Shown here piece by piece: positions 9,817-19,725 of a stretch of DNA of 53,744 nt; position 1 is the stretch's first letter, and each line of letters begins with the position of its first letter. The notes beneath the pieces are model-generated. The model worked only from the letters and a program-made list of their open reading frames with translations, was not told the origin of the DNA and searched no databases. This DNA comes from a virus. Lineage: Duplodnaviria > Heunggongvirae > Uroviricota > Caudoviricetes. The stretch covers positions 1 to 53,744 of the IMG/VR virus record IMGVR_UViG_3300026549_000042; one strand, 5' to 3'. A program made the translations under genes and the position numbers.

Positions 9817-10657
9817 AACTTTAATATATTACTTTTATATAGATAATGATGAATACATGATGAACTTTCATTTATCTTCATTAAAACCATATATAAAAAT
9901 ATTTGACAATTATATATTTATTTTGTCTACAAATAATTTTGATGATTCTTATATATCAAACAAAAAAAATCATATTATATCATCATTAAACATATATGGT
10001 AAAGATGTTGAATTTAGAATTGTCAAAAATGACTATGAATATCGGGAAGGCATACATTTTTATAATGAAATAATATGTAAGTTAGATACCTATGATGGTT
10101 TAGTATATTGGGGTCATAATAAAACAGATTCTCATATAGATACTGAAATTACCAAAAACTGGATAGCTGTAAGTAATTATATAAATCTACATAATATTGA
10201 GGATGTAGAACAAAAACTTATGCTAGATGATAATTATTGTTTATATGGAAGTATGCCAACTATAGAAAATGGCAATACTAATAGTTTCTTTTTCAACGGC
10301 TCATTTTATTGGTTATATCCTAAAAAACTATTATATAAGTTTAATGATCGAATAGACAGATTTATTACGTATATAAAAAATGTATATGATAATGACTATA
10401 GATCACCAAGAGAGATTTCACAATTTAGAATGCTTTCGGAACAATGGTACAACAAAATTATAGGAATAGAAAATATAACATCTATAAATGACATAATAAC
10501 AAATATAATAATTGAATGGCCTAATAAAGAATATCCTGATAATTGTACATTTTCTTCTTCAATATATTATGATAAAAATTATATAACAAACAACAATATA
10601 TTAAACAATATAGAATATGAAAATTTTTTGAAATATTATAACTATATTAATATATGA
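9806..10657 (+). CDS. Glycosyltransferase-like protein, paralogue 3
   Basis: MGYKTLIYYFYI...REGIHFY...YDGLVYWGHNK...NGSFYWLYPKK. Start reassigned from 9686 by paralogue alignment. Confidence 0.75.
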   Translation: MGYKTLIYYFYIDNDEYMMNFHLSSLKPYIKIFDNYIFILSTNNFDDSYISNKKNHIISSLNIYGKDVEFRIVKNDYEYREGIHFYNEIICKLDTYDGLVYWGHNKTDSHIDTEITKNWIAVSNYINLHNIEDVEQKLMLDDNYCLYGSMPTIENGNTNSFFFNGSFYWLYPKKLLYKFNDRIDRFITYIKNVYDNDYRSPREISQFRMLSEQWYNKIIGIENITSINDIITNIIIEWPNKEYPDNCTFSSSIYYDKNYITNNNILNNIEYENFLKYYNYINI

Positions 10658-12423
10658 TACATTTTATATTTACTGAAAAAGATTTACGATATTTGTTTCT
10701 TAAGTTTGATGACAAGACTGATGAGAAAAACTTAAAGAAACTAAAAGATCATATTAATCTTATAGATCCAATTTGTTATCTACCAACATATACTGGCATT
10801 CCTTATACACAAGACTTTATATGGGAGTATACTCAAGCATCGGGACAGAAAATATATTATTGTAGTATTGGACTTTGGCAAGTAATATATAAGTTTTTTA
10901 AGGAAAATAATATTGCATTTGATGGACTAATAGAAAACAAACATCTATTGAAACATGATCTTAAGCATTCATTTGAAGAGTTTAAAGATATTGTTGATAG
11001 TTGGGGATTAGATCGTACACCTCGTCCATATCAATATGAAGCTGCATATAAAATATTGCAATGGAATAGCTCAGTATCTCAATTAGCTACACGTGCAGGT
11101 AAGACTTTAATAGCATATATAGTATTTAGATATGCAATGGAATATATGGGTGTGAAAAACATACTTATGATAGTTCCATCTATTGACTTGGTAAAGCAAG
11201 CATATAATGACTTTAATGAATATGCAGAATTCTTTAAGACAGAATGTGTATGGGGTGGTGGCAAACTTGTAGAATCATCAAATTTGACAGTAGGAACATT
11301 CCAAAGTCTAATTAAGTTTATTGAAAAACCTAAAAGAGGAAAGACAAATAGTAAATATAATCCCCAGTTCTTTGACAAATTTGATTGTGTATTTGTTGAC
11401 GAAACGCATAGAGCATCAGCTGCACAAATAAAAACAATCATTAGTCAACCATTTATGCAAAAGAAAAAACTTGCATTTGGTATGACAGGTACATTACCAA
11501 AAGAAAAGACTATTGAGTTCTATTGTATACATTCATTATTGGGAGCAAAAATTCAGGAAATACGTCCGAAAGAATTGATGGATGCTGGATATATATCACC
11601 AGTAAACATAAAACAAATAAGACTTTTTTATCAGAATATTGAAAAACAAAAGGAAGTATTCATCAAATGCGCGGAATATGCTATTTCTGAATTTAATACA
11701 CAAAAGGACGCTAAAGGAAGAAATGTACGAATACCTTTAGAACATCCAGAATATCAAATACAATATGTTAAGACTTTACCGTATATGGTTCAACAAGTAA
11801 AAGCAACATTATATCAACAAAATGAACCTTATAAAGCAACAGATAAATATATTCAATATCTTAGAAAACATATTGCCGCTGATACTGCAACCAATTCATT
11901 AGTAGTTGAAAGAATGATGACACACTTCTTTACTGAACGAATAGACTATCTTTGTAATGAAATATTGCCTAAATGTGAAAACAATACTTTAATACTTGGT
12001 CATCATACACAATATCTTAAAGATTTGCATATGATCATTAAAGAAAGATTTCCAAATAGACATATTGAAATTATTACAGGTTCAGTACAAGCCAAAAAAA
12101 GAGACCAAATAAAACAATTATTGAAAGAAAATAATGATTGTATATTGATTGGTAGTTATGGATGTATGTCAACTGGTATTACTTTGAACAATCTTTGCTA
12201 TGGTGTATTGTTTGAATCATTTAAAAGCATGGTAGTAAATATGCAAAGTATAGGTAGAGGTCTTGGTCTTAAAGAATTAGCCAGTGAATATACTTTATAT
12301 GATATTATTGATTGTTTTAGCCCAACGGTTACTCCTAAAAAAATATATCTTCAAGGATTAGCCAAAACAAAAATATATACAGAAGAAAAATACCCATACA
12401 AAATAATTGATGTTAATTTATGA
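10654..12423 (+). CDS. uvsW: SF2 DNA helicase, T4 UvsW-like
   Basis: PRPYQ, ATRAGKT (Walker A), DETH, TGT, STGI and QSIGRGL motifs. Confidence 0.85.
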   Translation: MIHFIFTEKDLRYLFLKFDDKTDEKNLKKLKDHINLIDPICYLPTYTGIPYTQDFIWEYTQASGQKIYYCSIGLWQVIYKFFKENNIAFDGLIENKHLLKHDLKHSFEEFKDIVDSWGLDRTPRPYQYEAAYKILQWNSSVSQLATRAGKTLIAYIVFRYAMEYMGVKNILMIVPSIDLVKQAYNDFNEYAEFFKTECVWGGGKLVESSNLTVGTFQSLIKFIEKPKRGKTNSKYNPQFFDKFDCVFVDETHRASAAQIKTIISQPFMQKKKLAFGMTGTLPKEKTIEFYCIHSLLGAKIQEIRPKELMDAGYISPVNIKQIRLFYQNIEKQKEVFIKCAEYAISEFNTQKDAKGRNVRIPLEHPEYQIQYVKTLPYMVQQVKATLYQQNEPYKATDKYIQYLRKHIAADTATNSLVVERMMTHFFTERIDYLCNEILPKCENNTLILGHHTQYLKDLHMIIKERFPNRHIEIITGSVQAKKRDQIKQLLKENNDCILIGSYGCMSTGITLNNLCYGVLFESFKSMVVNMQSIGRGLGLKELASEYTLYDIIDCFSPTVTPKKIYLQGLAKTKIYTEEKYPYKIIDVNL

Positions 12424-13211
12424 CAAAAATTGATTGGAAGAAATATGTTGATTCAATTTATTTATTGACATATATATTAAATAAAGATAATGAAATAAAT
12501 CGTAATGAAGAATTAGATAGAGTAGATCTTAATGATTCCGATATTTTTTATGAAGTTAGACAATTTCCAACATCATTATATGATAAATTATATGAATCGT
12601 TTTATGACAATGCAGCAACATTAGAAAAAACAAAATATTTTAATATGCTAATGGGTCATTATAGATGTATAAAAATGGCTTATCTTAATGGTGATGAATA
12701 TACTTTGGTTTTAGAAGAAGATTTTAGATTTTTAAAGTCTAAAGAACAAATATCTAATATTCTCGATGAAACTATCTCAAAATTTAAAGAGATACACGGT
12801 CCGGCAATATACTTAGGATCATCTTCATATGTGTTAGATGGTATTTTGATGACGGGAATTGATGAAAGTATTAATTATGATAATTTATATGAAATATTTG
12901 ATAATTCTACGGTATTATGCGCAGGTACAACATTTAATATATATAATAGAGATGCTATGAAATGTCTTATAGATTATGTTGAAAACTTTAATTTTTCAGT
13001 AATAGATGAATACCATAAAATATATCCAAGTAATTGTAAACTTTTTATATTAAACAAAAAAATATGCTTACAACAAGGATGGATTGAATTATCATATAAT
13101 ACATGTATAGACTATAATATGTTAAAACCTACAAATGAACAATTAGAACGCATCAAAATAAATAATGAAGAAATATATAATCAATTAATAAATTATTGGA
13201 ATATTAACTAA
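12420..13211 (+). CDS. GT25-like glycosyltransferase
   Basis: VDSIYLL...R...LMGHYRCIKMA...TLVLEEDFRF pattern of GT25/LPS-biosynthesis enzymes. Confidence 0.6.
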   Translation: MTKIDWKKYVDSIYLLTYILNKDNEINRNEELDRVDLNDSDIFYEVRQFPTSLYDKLYESFYDNAATLEKTKYFNMLMGHYRCIKMAYLNGDEYTLVLEEDFRFLKSKEQISNILDETISKFKEIHGPAIYLGSSSYVLDGILMTGIDESINYDNLYEIFDNSTVLCAGTTFNIYNRDAMKCLIDYVENFNFSVIDEYHKIYPSNCKLFILNKKICLQQGWIELSYNTCIDYNMLKPTNEQLERIKINNEEIYNQLINYWNIN

Positions 13212-13229
13212 ATATATAGATGAAATTAA

Positions 13230-14048
13230 ATGAAAGATTGTGTTTTATATTTGAATGTATCTAAAGAAAAATTATATGATTATGAAATATTGTCATTAAA
13301 TAGAACTCTTGATTTATATCTTGGTAGTGATATTTGTGATATTATGTTACATATACCTAATACAATAGATACAAATATATTATTTGACTATTTAAGACCA
13401 GACATTAAAGAACGTGTACATAATAATAATTTGTATATATCTCAAGACAATCCTTTATTGTTTCAATCTGTAAATGGATATAATAATATGTTACTTACAA
13501 ACTTTCTATATAATGATATGTCTAAAAAGTACAAATATAAATATATGTTTATTGTACAAATTGATGCCTTTGTATTTAATGACATACTAAAATATTATAT
13601 AGACAAAAATTATGACTATATTGGATCATACGAATATTTTCTATATAGATCATCTAATTCATTAATAAAAAATATAAATAATGAAAAATATATGTACTTA
13701 AATGGTGGATTTTCATTAAGAAATATAGATAAATGTATTGAAGCAGTAAATAACTACTGTGTTGTACCAGAATATTTAGAAACACATATACTTTTTGATA
13801 CATTAATTAACACTACATATTTTGCTGAAGATTCATTCTTTTCTCAAACATTAAATCAAGATAATATTGATATGAAAGACCTTATAATGTTTGGATATAG
13901 TAGCTTAAGTTCTTATACCGTATATCCTTTAAATAAATATAGATATCCATTTGGTTGTCATGGTATACAAAAAAGCAATTTATTGAAACAATTAATAAAT
14001 AATTTTATGGAAGAAAACAATATTAATTATAATAATATTAGATTATAG
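13230..14048 (+). CDS. DUF5672-like glycosyltransferase-related protein
   Basis: IVQIDAFV...YDYIGS...NGGFSLRN...AEDSFFS...FGCHG. Ends in TAG 2 nt before the next ATG. Confidence 0.7.
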   Translation: MKDCVLYLNVSKEKLYDYEILSLNRTLDLYLGSDICDIMLHIPNTIDTNILFDYLRPDIKERVHNNNLYISQDNPLLFQSVNGYNNMLLTNFLYNDMSKKYKYKYMFIVQIDAFVFNDILKYYIDKNYDYIGSYEYFLYRSSNSLIKNINNEKYMYLNGGFSLRNIDKCIEAVNNYCVVPEYLETHILFDTLINTTYFAEDSFFSQTLNQDNIDMKDLIMFGYSSLSSYTVYPLNKYRYPFGCHGIQKSNLLKQLINNFMEENNINYNNIRL

Positions 14049-14050
14049 CT

Positions 14051-14371
14051 ATGGATTTTAACTCATATCAAGAAACAGTACATAATTTGTCTGAATATAA
14101 AAAGGAAATTGGACCATTTTCCATGATACTTGCTATTATAAAAGATACAGGTATAATAAGTGATAAGCTAAGATATATTCTTGAAGATAATGATGGATCT
14201 TTTAATGATGAAGACAAAGTAAGAATCGCCATATCATTAGGAGATATTATAAATGATGTTGCTAATATGGCTTCAGATTTAGGCATTAGTTTAGAAGAAG
14301 TCATTGCAATAAATATGAAGAAAATGGAAATGATTGTGCAAAGTAAAGGACAAGAAAATAATCAAAAATAA
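14051..14371 (+). CDS. MazG-like nucleotide pyrophosphohydrolase with degenerate active site
   Basis: MDFNSYQ start and LGDI...A..LGISLEEVIAINMKK end; the usual ExGE and ELGD motifs read DTGI and SLGD. Confidence 0.6.
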   Translation: MDFNSYQETVHNLSEYKKEIGPFSMILAIIKDTGIISDKLRYILEDNDGSFNDEDKVRIAISLGDIINDVANMASDLGISLEEVIAINMKKMEMIVQSKGQENNQK

Positions 14372-14380
14372 GTTTTATAT

Positions 14381-15205
14381 ATGGCAAGAAAAAGAAAACA
14401 AAATTTGACAGAAGAAGAGGAAAAGCAGTTAAAACTTCAAAAACTTAGTGTATATTATGAAGCGGCTAATGATGAGTTTGGCCTTGACGGTCATACATTA
14501 ACTGAGCAAATTCATATACTTGTAGATGCTTGTGATAGTCTTCAAGGTGAGATTTGTGCAATGTCTGATGATATTAAAATAAATGATCTTACAAAAGTAC
14601 AAGAACTTACACCTATTGACAAGAAGACATATCTTGATTTTGTAAATATATGTGCACTAAAGAATAATGATAAGCTCAAGGAAAAAGCTATATCAAGATT
14701 TGAAGAGGATTTCAATAAAAGACTATTCATTACCAACTTACGTCATTCATTCTTAAGCTCATATATGAATGGTGAAGATCTTAAGATCACTGATGAAGAT
14801 AATGAGGAATATGAACCATTTACTGATTATAAGTCTGAGGAATTTGATGAGATTATGCAGGATTCAGCAAAGAAACGCGAATATCTAAATACAGTTCTTT
14901 GGAAAAAATATAAGAATATCGCGAAGGCTGCTGAATATCTTACAGAACTTGAACTTACATACAAGGATTTCAAAAATCTTGTGGATTGGCAACATTATGT
15001 AAACGGCGGCTATCCTTCGCCAAAGTCACCTTCAAAAATCTGGGCTATATTTGACAAATTCAACTATGCCCATAGACTACTAAACAAATATGCATATAAT
15101 GATACTATCAATGACCTTAACTATGAATTCGGTCTTGAAGTATCTGAAACAACTCCTCATGAAAAGGAACACCCATGGCAAGATGTAGATACAGATATTG
15201 AATAA
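14381..15205 (+). CDS. Hypothetical protein
   Basis: 274-aa ORF, no recognised motif. Confidence 0.75.
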   Translation: MARKRKQNLTEEEEKQLKLQKLSVYYEAANDEFGLDGHTLTEQIHILVDACDSLQGEICAMSDDIKINDLTKVQELTPIDKKTYLDFVNICALKNNDKLKEKAISRFEEDFNKRLFITNLRHSFLSSYMNGEDLKITDEDNEEYEPFTDYKSEEFDEIMQDSAKKREYLNTVLWKKYKNIAKAAEYLTELELTYKDFKNLVDWQHYVNGGYPSPKSPSKIWAIFDKFNYAHRLLNKYAYNDTINDLNYEFGLEVSETTPHEKEHPWQDVDTDIE

Positions 15206-15244
15206 GGTTAAAATATGTCATCTGATATAACAGACTTATACCGA

Positions 15245-15301
15245 GAAGGGCTTAAATAGTAAAATAATATAAATTTATATAAATACTATTTAAGCCCTTT
15301 C
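15245..15301. terminator. Bidirectional terminator
   Basis: GAAGGGCTTAAATAGTA / TACTATTTAAGCCCTTTC inverted repeat between convergent genes. Confidence 0.7.
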
Positions 15302-15320
15302 TGATGTAGATATATAAAAA

Positions 15321-15698
15321 TTATATATCTTGAATTATTTTTACTGGAAGTTCATCTGCTAACATACTATCACATTTTATGAACATTTTGAATGTATTAA
15401 GATATTCATCCATAGAAAGTTCATATAGTTTATCATAATTATAGTTTATTGTAACTGAATTATAATTATCATATAAATATGCATGACGACCAGTCTTAAT
15501 GATTGGAACAGCTAAGCAAAAACAACGTTCACATTCATAAGTAATATTATAGTTTACGTCATTATATTTTATATCTTTTATTACAAATATATAATAGCAA
15601 TTGAATTCCCTGTTCTTTATATTTACATAATAACGTTTATTAATTAAATCATTTGACTTATATTGTGTACCTTGCTTATCGGTAGTTATTAGTTTCAT
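15321..15698 (-). CDS. Hypothetical protein
   Basis: 125-aa ORF between two terminators. Confidence 0.6.
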   Translation of the reverse strand: MKLITTDKQGTQYKSNDLINKRYYVNIKNREFNCYYIFVIKDIKYNDVNYNITYECERCFCLAVPIIKTGRHAYLYDNYNSVTINYNYDKLYELSMDEYLNTFKMFIKCDSMLADELPVKIIQDI

Positions 15699-15744
15699 AC
15701 AAAAATTAGAAAAAAATATTTATATATTTATAATAATATATAAC

Positions 15745-15773
15745 AAAAAAGAGAGAACTTGTGTTCTCTCTTT
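15745..15773 (-). terminator. Terminator of the sheath-tube operon
   Basis: AAAGAGAGAAC-TTGT-GTTCTCTCTTT with A-tract. Confidence 0.75.
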
Positions 15774-15796
15774 AATAATTGTGGATGATATATAGT

Positions 15797-16471
15797 TTAA
15801 CCAGCAGCTTCAGAACCACCAGCTAATGTGTCATACCAATAGTCAGAACGGAATACGCATGTTAATTGTCTTGCATCATTAGAAGTATAGTCTAAGTCAT
15901 CAAGACCAGTAACACCAGTAAGCATTACGTCTTTGAATTCATAACTTCTCCAAACATCGCCGTTACGGTTACCTTCTGCAATCTTCATGAATGCTGAGCA
16001 ATAATCACTCTTAATTGAACGAGTACCATCAGCAAGATCATAAGAAAGGTTTTCCCATGCACGGAAGATCTTAAGAACAAAGTTATCAGTAACATTACGT
16101 AAGTTCAAATTGAATACTATTGTAATGTCTGCATATGTATTATCAAGAACAGGATTCAAATAAGATACATCAACTCCATAGAATCTTTGGGTACTTGCAG
16201 CTGTTGTCTTTTGTAATGCATCCAAACCTTGTACACTATATACTTGTTGAGAAAGGATAGGCACATCTTCCATAAATAGACCTTGAATTGGAGTAGGCAA
16301 TGAAAATGCTACTTCATAGATTGATTTATGAACAGGGTCCCATTTGTTTATACCTGACTTAACTGAACGAATATGTGGAAGGTTATCTTGAATTGGTGCA
16401 CCAGTAGTAGCTAAATCACCTGTCTTATATAATACTGTTTGACCTGTTTTTCTTTGATTTTCTAACGCCAT
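15797..16471 (-). CDS. gp19: Tail tube protein (T4 gp19-like)
   Basis: Directly downstream of the sheath; WDPVHKSIYEV...FNLN...W...YD...FRSDYW pattern typical of large T4-like phage tubes. Confidence 0.75.
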   Translation of the reverse strand: MALENQRKTGQTVLYKTGDLATTGAPIQDNLPHIRSVKSGINKWDPVHKSIYEVAFSLPTPIQGLFMEDVPILSQQVYSVQGLDALQKTTAASTQRFYGVDVSYLNPVLDNTYADITIVFNLNLRNVTDNFVLKIFRAWENLSYDLADGTRSIKSDYCSAFMKIAEGNRNGDVWRSYEFKDVMLTGVTGLDDLDYTSNDARQLTCVFRSDYWYDTLAGGSEAAG

Positions 16472-16507
16472 ATTAAATATTATATTAAAATTTATTTCTT
16501 ATCAAAT

Positions 16508-19500
16508 TTATCTAGATTCATTAATTGTTGATAACATTTGACCTGTTCTGTATAATGTAAGTTCATGAACCATCTTACCACAACCTTGTCCAGGTTCGAT
16601 ATGCGTAGAAAGAACAGCCATTTCATTATCAATAATTTCAGGTGTATTGTTAGATTCATCCATAATGTTGAGATAAGCTTGAAGACCACCATTACTCATT
16701 ACTCTAGCGCATATGTCATTAGCACGACCTAAGATAGCTTCACGTGTACGAGAGTTATTGAATTCCCATTGATAAGCTTGAAGAACCTTTTCAATCTCAT
16801 CCATAAGATAGATAACAAGTTCACGTACATGTACCTTAGAAAGAGCACTAAGTGGAATTTGCTTAGCAGTTTGGTTAGCATTAATGAATGTACCGAAGTT
16901 TGGACGATATACCATGCAGTTTACACCAAATGGTTCGATAATTTGTAATTCATCCATTGAATACTTATAGTCAGGACCAATCATACCACTAGCATTAACT
17001 CTACCATAGTTAGGACCAGCAACAATATAATAAGGTTGACGTGTCATATACTTCTGTATAAATAAGTTAGATACAAGACCTGCAGAAGGAACAATAGTAT
17101 CAAGATATCCATCAGAGAACTTAAGAGGAGTATAGAATGCTATGAATGATGCACCTTCTGAATCATCTGGTAATGAGAATGAAATAGATGCAGCCTTCTT
17201 CTTATTACATCCCTTAACAACATAATCAACATTGAATACACCCTTAGAATCTGTAAATGAAGCATATGGGCACTTTGTAAATGTTTGTACACTTGGGAAG
17301 TTAGCAATACAGAATGCACTTTGCTTTTCTTTACATAAGAATGAAAGTTCTTTCTTAATAGATGCATCTGGGAATGATTGGAATGTATCAATTACATAAC
17401 GATAATCAATTTCAGACTTATTAAGAAGACCTGTACGAAGACCCTTATATTCTGTCAATACTGAAAGAATATTCTTTTGCCATTGTAACTTATCATACAT
17501 AGTTGTTCCATTAGGACGTTGCATGTTGTATGTATATCCTTCAAAATAGTAAGGCTTCATAGTACCAATTTCTTGGTTTAATGGAGCATCTACGCGAACA
17601 AGATACTTATTAGTCTTACCGTCTGCACTATGTTCATATCTTAAAGGCTCTCCACTAAATAATACATAATGAGCTACAAACTTGCCATCTGCATCATATT
17701 TAGTACCCATATCTTGAACATATACTGCATCATGGAAATTATCTACATCATTTTCTGCGTCACCATCTTCATTATAATCAACTTTACCGTCATCTGCAAT
17801 CATACAATCACCCTTGTGCAATATTGCTAATAAAGAACGATCATAATATTCGCTATTGCAAACTAATGCAGGTTGCTTAATACCATCAGTAAGCTCAAAT
17901 TGTTCATTCCATTCCCAATTATCTTCTACATAATCAACGAATGTTATAGATGAACCATATACTGAATTGTCATCATTATAGTTAGAAACGGTTTCGTAAC
18001 TAACATCTGTCATTGAAACTCTAAGATTCTTATCAAGATCTGTATATGTTGCATCATCTCCAGATGGTTCAATTGAAACTATTGAAGTAATAATTTTTTC
18101 AGGACCATCAATATAATGACCTTCTTCAGTAAATGCGTTATCTTCTGGCCATGAAGTACCTTGACCTTTTGCTAATTCATAACCTTCAGCATTCTTGAAT
18201 ACTACACCAAACTTATCTTCAGCTTCTTTACGAGTATCTGTACCAGGTTCATATTGAATTGTTACTGATTTTGCGGCTTCGCCTTCAGGATTGTCATTTA
18301 CTTGAACAAGAACAATGTTTTCTTCACTAACAGATTTTACATATAAAGTACCATTGATAGATTTCTTATTAGCAACAAAATCAATCTTAGGCATATTATT
18401 GTCATCTAATACTGAAGACTTAATCTTAAGATTATCGGTAACAACTTTAGCATTTATGTTTCCAAGAACTGTTGTAGTAGCTGTACCATCAAATAAACTA
18501 TCCAAAGATAATGTATCATTTATAACATTACCAGATGCTAATGCGTCTGCTGTAGGTATGTTAATACGACCAGAAATATCAATAGCACAATCTTCATACT
18601 CATAAAGAAGATCTGTATTGAAACTCATCATCATATTATGAATATCAATATCTTGGTTAAATGCAACATCAAGACATGCATAAGAATTATTCTTTGTCTT
18701 AAATTCAGGAATAAGGCAACCAACATAATGACCTAATGCATTTGAAGTCTCATCTGCATATAATGTATCAAGAGTATCAACGGCATCACCAAATGCATTA
18801 AATACTTTATCGCGAAGTTTTAATTCGTAACTGCCATCACTCATAGTTTCAACAATAAAGTAATTCTTTAATGTATCAGATGCTAATACTTGTTTAGCAG
18901 TAAACTTGCCTTTAAATACATAAATTTCAGCAAAGAAATCACTAATAAGACTATTCTTATACTTCTCTAAGAATTCTGGCATTTCTTGAGGTTTATCAGA
19001 ATACCAATCATTAACTGTAATATTAAATCCAGAAACTTTTAATCCAGATGCTTTACGTATAAATAATGTTGCAGATGTCTTCTTAGTATTTGTTGTAGCA
19101 ATATTAATATATTGATCCATTATATTGCCATCAACATCTCTAAGATTAATTAACTTATCGGCATCTAATGTCCAGAAACGTGTAGTATCATATATATCTT
19201 CCACATTAAGTTTAACTGTTGATAATGGTTCACTTGTAGGATTGAACTCCGTACTTATAGTTGCACCATCAACTGTTTCACCACTAAACTTCTTAAGATT
19301 AAGTACCAAACATGGACTAACTTGAAGCATTTGTAATGCTAAACGATGAAAATATATACCACGCTTTTCTAATTTTTTGTTTATCCCACCAAATAAAGCT
19401 GTGAATGTTTGAGGATCTTTGACATATACTGGTGTATTGAAAGGACCTTGCTCTGAATATCCAACGACAAGTCTCAATAATTCAGTATCATAATTTACAA

Positions 19501-19573
19501 TAGTAGATTTATCAAAAACCACTCTATAGATTCCCGCAGCTTTAAATTGCTGTAAATGAATAGGAATTGCCAT
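16508..19573 (-). CDS. gp18: Tail sheath protein (T4 gp18-like, enlarged)
   Basis: N-terminal GIYRVVFDKS...VGYSEQGPFNTPVYV; C-terminal GVN...NQTA...SALSKVHVREL...YQWEFNN...DESNNTPEIIDN. Confidence 0.92.
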   Translation of the reverse strand: MAIPIHLQQFKAAGIYRVVFDKSTIVNYDTELLRLVVGYSEQGPFNTPVYVKDPQTFTALFGGINKKLEKRGIYFHRLALQMLQVSPCLVLNLKKFSGETVDGATISTEFNPTSEPLSTVKLNVEDIYDTTRFWTLDADKLINLRDVDGNIMDQYINIATTNTKKTSATLFIRKASGLKVSGFNITVNDWYSDKPQEMPEFLEKYKNSLISDFFAEIYVFKGKFTAKQVLASDTLKNYFIVETMSDGSYELKLRDKVFNAFGDAVDTLDTLYADETSNALGHYVGCLIPEFKTKNNSYACLDVAFNQDIDIHNMMMSFNTDLLYEYEDCAIDISGRINIPTADALASGNVINDTLSLDSLFDGTATTTVLGNINAKVVTDNLKIKSSVLDDNNMPKIDFVANKKSINGTLYVKSVSEENIVLVQVNDNPEGEAAKSVTIQYEPGTDTRKEAEDKFGVVFKNAEGYELAKGQGTSWPEDNAFTEEGHYIDGPEKIITSIVSIEPSGDDATYTDLDKNLRVSMTDVSYETVSNYNDDNSVYGSSITFVDYVEDNWEWNEQFELTDGIKQPALVCNSEYYDRSLLAILHKGDCMIADDGKVDYNEDGDAENDVDNFHDAVYVQDMGTKYDADGKFVAHYVLFSGEPLRYEHSADGKTNKYLVRVDAPLNQEIGTMKPYYFEGYTYNMQRPNGTTMYDKLQWQKNILSVLTEYKGLRTGLLNKSEIDYRYVIDTFQSFPDASIKKELSFLCKEKQSAFCIANFPSVQTFTKCPYASFTDSKGVFNVDYVVKGCNKKKAASISFSLPDDSEGASFIAFYTPLKFSDGYLDTIVPSAGLVSNLFIQKYMTRQPYYIVAGPNYGRVNASGMIGPDYKYSMDELQIIEPFGVNCMVYRPNFGTFINANQTAKQIPLSALSKVHVRELVIYLMDEIEKVLQAYQWEFNNSRTREAILGRANDICARVMSNGGLQAYLNIMDESNNTPEIIDNEMAVLSTHIEPGQGCGKMVHELTLYRTGQMLSTINESR

Positions 19574-19631
19574 ATTATAATGTGATATATAAATATATTT
19601 ATTATTTTTCTAAACTGTATAATTCGAATTT

Positions 19632-19646
19632 TATATATAAAAATAA
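19632..19646 (-). promoter_or_regulatory. Putative late promoter TTATTTTTATATATA
   Basis: Exact 15-mer about 59 nt upstream of the sheath start. Confidence 0.65.
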
Positions 19647-19725
19647 TTATTTTTCAATTTAAAAAATTTGTTTTTCTAATATTATTTATACTATTTTAAA
19701 TTATATATAAATTTTATTTTAATAA

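Noticed and set aside
16508-19573. Intein or intron in the enlarged sheath gene
   Set aside because: No C1/HN-C intein ends or LAGLIDADG motifs noticed; the extra length looks like ordinary insertion domains.
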